Assembly (NCBI RefSeq): GCF_009914755.1
Contig: NC_060936.1
Origin: the human T2T-CHM13v2.0 reference genome, Homo sapiens
Length of the DNA: 64,000 bases
Strand: one strand, 5' to 3'
Every line of letters starts with the position of its first letter. Position 1 is the first letter of the stretch. Of the stretch, positions 57,707 through 64,000 are shown in pieces. The position numbers were made by a program, and so were the translations under genes. A model generated the notes under the pieces. The model had not been told where the DNA came from. It saw only the letters and a program-made list of their open reading frames with translations, and made no database searches.

Positions 57707-59981
57707 AGCTGAGACAACCATAGGGAAGAGTTAGGAAAGACTTCCCTTAGCAGATTACTCCTTAGTGGAGTCATAATGTTGTACAATGTTGTGAATACAT
57801 CTGAAGTAAAGATACTGTAGGCAGAATAAAGATGAAAATAGTATAGTGTGTATGAGTGCTACAAACTGTATAAAGTTGATGGAGTGGCAAGAGATGAGGC
57901 TAGAGAACAGGCAGAGGCTAAAGCCTGGAAACCCTCAAATGGCATGCTAGGAATCCTGGACTTTTATTGGGTGAAAACACATATTATTGGGTGAAATGGG
58001 AAGCCTGAGTATTTGCATTTCTAACAAGTTCTAGGCTGATGCTAATGATATTTGTCCTTGACCACCTTATGAGAACAACTGCTTTAGACTATGATTTTGT
58101 CTTTTTTATCTTTGTTTCCCAAACATCTAGTTTAATGTCTGGTATTTAATAGGTACTCATTAACTATTTTCAAACAAAAAAATAAAGGAATAAGAAAATT
58201 CCAAGTACAGGGGAAATAAATACATTAATCCAAATGATTCTTTCTCCTCTTAAACAGACATTACCCAAGATGATAAAAGTGTATATGTTAGTAAAATTGG
58301 GGAAGAAAAAATAAAGAGGAATAATAATCGTGGTAGAGAGCTCAGTGAGGATACTTAAGACTTCCATTTTCTTTCCATTGCTTATGTAAATAGAATAGCT
58401 TTGCACACACCATTTTACTTCCCATAGTGCTTTATCTGTGCCTTAGTTGGATGATTAAGTGACCATTAGCAATACTTCATTGAACAGACCCTTTGAAAAA
58501 TGTCTTAGAAATAACTTCTTTGTATAAAGCCTATTAAATTTAACTTTAATATAAATTGAATACTGCAAATGGAATAAAAGTTACAAATGCACTACAGCAA
58601 GAATTCACTGGCATCATGCCTATAAATTCTTTTCTATTTGATAAATTATCTTACAAAGAAACTCTACATTCATTGTGCACTGACAATGCTATGCTTCATA
58701 TATAAATGCTTCACAGATTGCACTTCACATGGATGGATTCTCTTCTGTTTCAAAGGGTGAAGGACCCATGCTTGGAGTTTCTTCTTCCAGGAGGGGTCAT
58801 GTTTATGTCAAGCTATGTACCTTTACTTTCTCACATTATACACAGTGTCTGAAGTTTCAAGAAGACATGACTGCTTCTTTGTTGCTATATGTAGTTGGAG
58901 TTTGTGACTTGGTTAAGGATAAAATCTGATTACCCTCTAGTATATTATAACTACCTAAAATCAATGCAGAGATACAATGTCATCTCTAAATTAAAATATT
59001 TCTTAGCAAAAATTTAAATATCCTACTAGTTATTGGTATACATTTGCCTATAACATTAGAATTCAGGGGAAGAAATTGCCTGAAATTTGATCTGCTCAAT
59101 ATGTACCCATCCTAATAACAGAAAGTCCAACTCAGTTTTTTTCCAAAAGATGCTTCCTGTTTCCTCAAGATTATTAAAGAACACAGGAGCTTGTAAAATA
59201 CAGAAAAAAGGAAGACTTTCAGTCTTTAGTCCATCCTATGGTTTGAATGATTATGTCTCCCTCCAAAATTCATATTGAAACTTTATTTCCAATGCAATAA
59301 TATTAAGAGGCAGGGCTGTTAGGAGGTGGTTAGACCATGAGGGCTTTTTGCTTGTGAATAGGATTGAGGCCTTTATAAAAGAGGCCTCACATTCCACTTA
59401 AGAACTGGGACAAGACAAGGATATCCACTCTTACCATTCCTATTCAGTATAGTACTGAAAGTGCTAGCCAGAGGAATTAGGCAAGAAAAAGAAATAAAAG
59501 GCATTCAAACAGGAGAAGGAGAAGTCAAACTATCTCTCTTCACTGACTGTATGATTCTATACTGAGAAAACCCTAAACACTCCGACAAAAGACTATTAGA
59601 ACTGAAATAATTTTAGCAAGATTTCAGCATAAAAAATAAATTTACAAAAATCACTATCATTTCTATACATCAATAACATTCATGTTGAGAGCCAAATCAA
59701 GAATGGAATCCCATTTACAAATAGCTACAAAAAAAAAAACCCTATGAATATGTCTAACCAAGGAGCTGAATGATCTCTACAAGCAGAACTACAAAACACT
59801 GCTAAAAGAAATCACAGATAACACAAACAAATGGAAAAAACATTCTATGCTCATGCATTGGAAGAATCAATATTGTTAAAATGGACAAACTGCCCAAAGC
59901 AATCTATAGATTCAATGCTACTCCTATTAAACTACCAATGTCATTTTTCGCAGAATTGTAAAAAAATTATTCTAAAATTCA

Positions 59982-60262
59982 GCCAGGTGCGGTGGCTCAT
60001 GCCTATAATCCCAGCACTTTGGGAGGCAAAGGCAGGTGGATCATGAGGTCTGGAGATGGAGACCATCCTGGCCAACATGGTGAAATCCTGTTTCTACAGA
60101 AAATACAAAAATTAGCTGGGTGTGGTGGCATGCGCCTGTAGTCCTAGCTACTCAGGAGGCTGAGGCAGGAGAATCGCTTGAACCTGGGAGGTGGAGGTTA
60201 CAGTGAACCAAGATCATGCACTGCACTCCAGCATTGTGACAGAGCAAGACTCCATCTCAAAA
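59982..60262 (+). mobile_element. AluSc-like inside the L1PB
   Basis: Alu dimer; AAATTATTCTAAAATTCA duplicated on both sides. Confidence 0.9.
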
Positions 60263-61001
60263 AAAAATTATTCTAAAATTCATATGGAGCCAAAAAAGAG
60301 CCAAACCGCAAAGGAATCCTAAGTGAAAAGAACAAAGCCAGAAGAATCACATTACTTGGCTTCAAACTCAAAGGTTACAGTAACCAAAACACAGCATGGT
60401 ACTAGTACAAAAACAGACACGCACACCAGTGGAACAGAATAGAGAACACAGAAATAAAGCCACACACTCACAAGCATCTGATCTTCAACAAAGTCAACAA
60501 AAATAATTCAGTAAATGGTGCTGGGACAGCTGGCAAGCCATATACAGAAGAATGAAACTGTACTCCTACCTTTCACCATATACAAAATAAACTCAAGATG
60601 GATTAAAGATTTAAATGTAAGACCTCAAACTATAAGAAACTGACAAGAAAACCTAGGAGACACCATTCTAGACATTGGCCTTGGGAAATAAACAGCTTAC
60701 AGAATGGCAGAAATAAACAGCCTACAGAATAACAGAAAATATTCACAAAATATGCATCCAACAGAGGTCTAATACCTAGAATCTATGAGGAACTTAAACA
60801 ATTGAACAGGCAAAAAATAAACCCCATTTAAAAAATTGGCAAAAGACATGAACAGACACTTCTCAAAAGAAGACATGCAAGTGGCCAACAAACATATGAA
60901 AAAGTGTTTCACATCACAAATCACCAGAGAAATGCAAATCAAAACCACAATGAGATACCATCTCACACTCATCAAAATGACTATTATTAAAAAGAAAAAA
61001 C

Positions 61002-61377
<376 letters not shown>

Positions 61378-62783
61378 TTATACTCTGTTGGTGGGAATGT
61401 AAATTAGTTCAGCTGCTGTGGAAGGTGGTTTGGAGATATCTCAAATAATTTAAAACAGAAATACCATTCAACCAAGCAATCCCATTACTGGGTATATACC
61501 CAAAAGAAAACAAACCATTCTACCAAAAAGATATATGCACTCACATGTTCATCCCAACACTATTCACAATAGCAAGGACATGGAATCAACCTAGGTGCCC
61601 ATCCATGGTGGACTGAATAAAGAAAATGTGGCATATATACACTGCAGAATTCCATTCTGCTATTTTTAAAAAGAGAAATAATGTCCTTTGCTGCAATATG
61701 GATGCAGCTGGATGCCATTATCCTAATCAAATTAACACACAAACAGAAAACCAAATACTGTACGTTCTTACTTATAAGTGGAGGCTAAACATTGGGTACT
61801 CATGGCCATAAAGTTGGCAACAATAGACATCAGGAACTACTAGAGGAGGCAGGAAGGGAGGGAGTAAAGAGTTGAAAAACTAACTCTGGGTACTATGCTC
61901 AGTGCCTGGGTGACAGAATCATTCATACCCCAAACCTCAGCATCATGCAATATACCCAGGCAACAAAACTGCACATGTACTCCCTGAATCTAAAACAAAA
62001 GTTGAAAATAATGAGTAAAATAAAATAAAAGAGGCTTCACACAGCCTTTGGCACTTTTGCCCTTTTACCTTCCGCCACATGAGGACACGGCATTCAAGGT
62101 GCCATCTTGGAAGCAGAGACCTGGCTGTCAGGCACCAGACTGGCTGGTACCTTGATCTTGGGCTTCCCAACCTCCAGAACTGTGAGAAATAAATTTCCAT
62201 TATTTATAAATTACCCAATCTCAAGTATTTGTTATAGCAGCACAAACAAAACTAAGACAGTCCATAATGTGTATCACTGAAATGCTTATTTTCCAAGTAA
62301 CTCAAGAGAAGTGAAAAACCATCTCCCCCAAAAGCATCCAAATATGCCAAGCACAATCACAGACCCTGAGCATCTGTGGCACTGTCCCTCCATTTCCATT
62401 CTGAGGTTCTAGTACTGCCATCACTGAACTGACCCCCAACTACATCCCTCAAGTCCAAGGGTATACATTCTACCTCCATGGGTTGTATTACTCACTTCTT
62501 CCCCTGCTTGAATCACCAGCTTTAATCCAACTCTCTACCTAATCACTCCAGGTTATTTCTTTGATGCGCCTAACTCTCTATAACAAAGTTTAATTTGTCA
62601 TCTAGTTAGTTTTCCTTTCTCAACCAAGACTTTCAACACATCTACATCAAACTTACTTCAACCTGGATTAGTGCAATGGTCTAATGGAAAGCAATAGCTT
62701 TCCTTACTGCCTCTTTCCTTTCAATGATTCTTTCACATTTTCTAGGTAATCTTCTGGAAACATGTAACTGATTATTTTAGAAC

Positions 62784-63113
62784 AGAGTAAGCAAACTATG
62801 ACAAGGTGCACAGGCCAAATCTGACCCATTTCCTCTTTTTTTAAACCACTCTGAGACCCAGAATTGTTTTTACCTTTTCAATGATTGCAAAAGTCCTAAA
62901 AGAATATTTCCTGAGATGTGAAAAATATGAAATTAAAATTTCAGCATCTATAAATACAGTTTTATTGGAATACAGCCATACTCATTTATTTATATATCAC
63001 CTGTGGCAGTTTTTGTACTACAATGGCAGAGTTGAGTAGTAGAGACCATATGGCCAGCAAAACCTAATATATTTACTATCTGGCCTTCTACGAAAAAAGT
63101 GTGCCAACTCTTG
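62784..63113. mobile_element. MER58B-like hAT-Charlie element
   Basis: gcaaactatg...ggccaaatctg start; ttttattggaatacagccat; tttactatctggcc...tgccaactcttg end. Confidence 0.85.
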
Positions 63114-63844
63114 TCTTAGAGCACTGTTGGAAAAACATCAATGAACCATAATAGGTAGTTTGAAGTTGGGATCTTCCCCATGAAGTGACTTTATTATTAC
63201 TATATATTTTAAAATCTACTGAACTATTATGAAGCTACTTTAATAGTAGTGTTTAACAATCCTATCAGATTAAATAATCTTATTATTAACATTTATTTAT
63301 TCATCCCTACCTTTACCTTTCCTCTGTCTTTCACACATCCTCAATACCCAATTCTCTGGTCACTAGTCCTTACCATTTCCAAAAATTATCTACTTTGTTT
63401 TTCTTTTTCGACATTTATTTTAGAATCAGCTCCAGTTTTTAAATTTTTACCACTGCTGTTTATTTTTATTCTCCCACTTGTCTGTCCTATTTTCATTTGG
63501 CTTTTAGATGCAATATTTGTTTTCATCACCTAGGGTCCATTCCTTCCTCATTTGACATTAGGATCCCAATTTTGGTTTGTCCATTTACACTTATTTGGCA
63601 TGGGTGCTAACTCCACGACCTGTAGGCTCCAAGACTAGAGCACCTGCTTTAGGCTAATTCAATCTGTGCATTGTATCCCCTTAGTCACAGTGATTGCTTC
63701 ATGGATGATTACACTCAAGCCAGGCAAATCAGAACCAATAAGGTTCAATTCCAGAACTTTTGTCCTTATTTAACATTAGTTTCTCTCAACCTCTCACCCA
63801 GAGGATAAAGTAGAACCAAATGTAAACATGAAATCGCTAAGAGA

Positions 63845-64000
63845 GGCCAGGCGCGGTGGCTCATGCCTATAATCCAAGCAGTTTGGGAGGCCAAGGCAGG
63901 TGGATTGCTTGAGGTCAGGAATTCAAGACCAGCCTGACCATCATGGTGAAACCCTGTCTCTACTAAAAATATAAAAATTAGCCAGGCATGATGGCATGTG
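63845..64000 (+). mobile_element. AluS, cut by the window edge
   Basis: Alu left arm and linker. Confidence 0.92.

Overview
AT-rich primate DNA, very probably human because it carries a near-pristine AluYa5-lineage element. No intact host protein-coding exon, RNA gene or CpG island is recognisable, so the window is intergenic or deep-intronic. It is dominated by nested transposable elements: a full-length L1PA6-like element inside an ancient L1M, a 5'-inverted L1PA7-like element, L1PB/L1MA/HAL1/L2/MIR relics, MaLR solo LTRs with target-site duplications (TSDs), hAT and mariner DNA transposons, and Alus of all ages. Almost all listed ORFs are L1/Alu remnants or chance ORFs. The most unusual signal is at about 49.25-49.97 kb. 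Two old L1 3' ends sit tail to tail as a hairpin of roughly 340 bp per arm, and the stem carries dense, directional T>C changes on the + strand (A>G on the - strand), resembling ADAR hyper-editing written into the genome. Other notable items are an L1 ORF0 that reads out of its element into flanking DNA and gains a hydrophobic tail, a 27-bp (9-codon) array in an ancient L1 5' region, a KIAA1586-like hAT transposase fossil missed by the ORF track, and templated-insertion scars. Subfamily names come from recalled consensus sequences and need RepeatMasker/Dfam confirmation.
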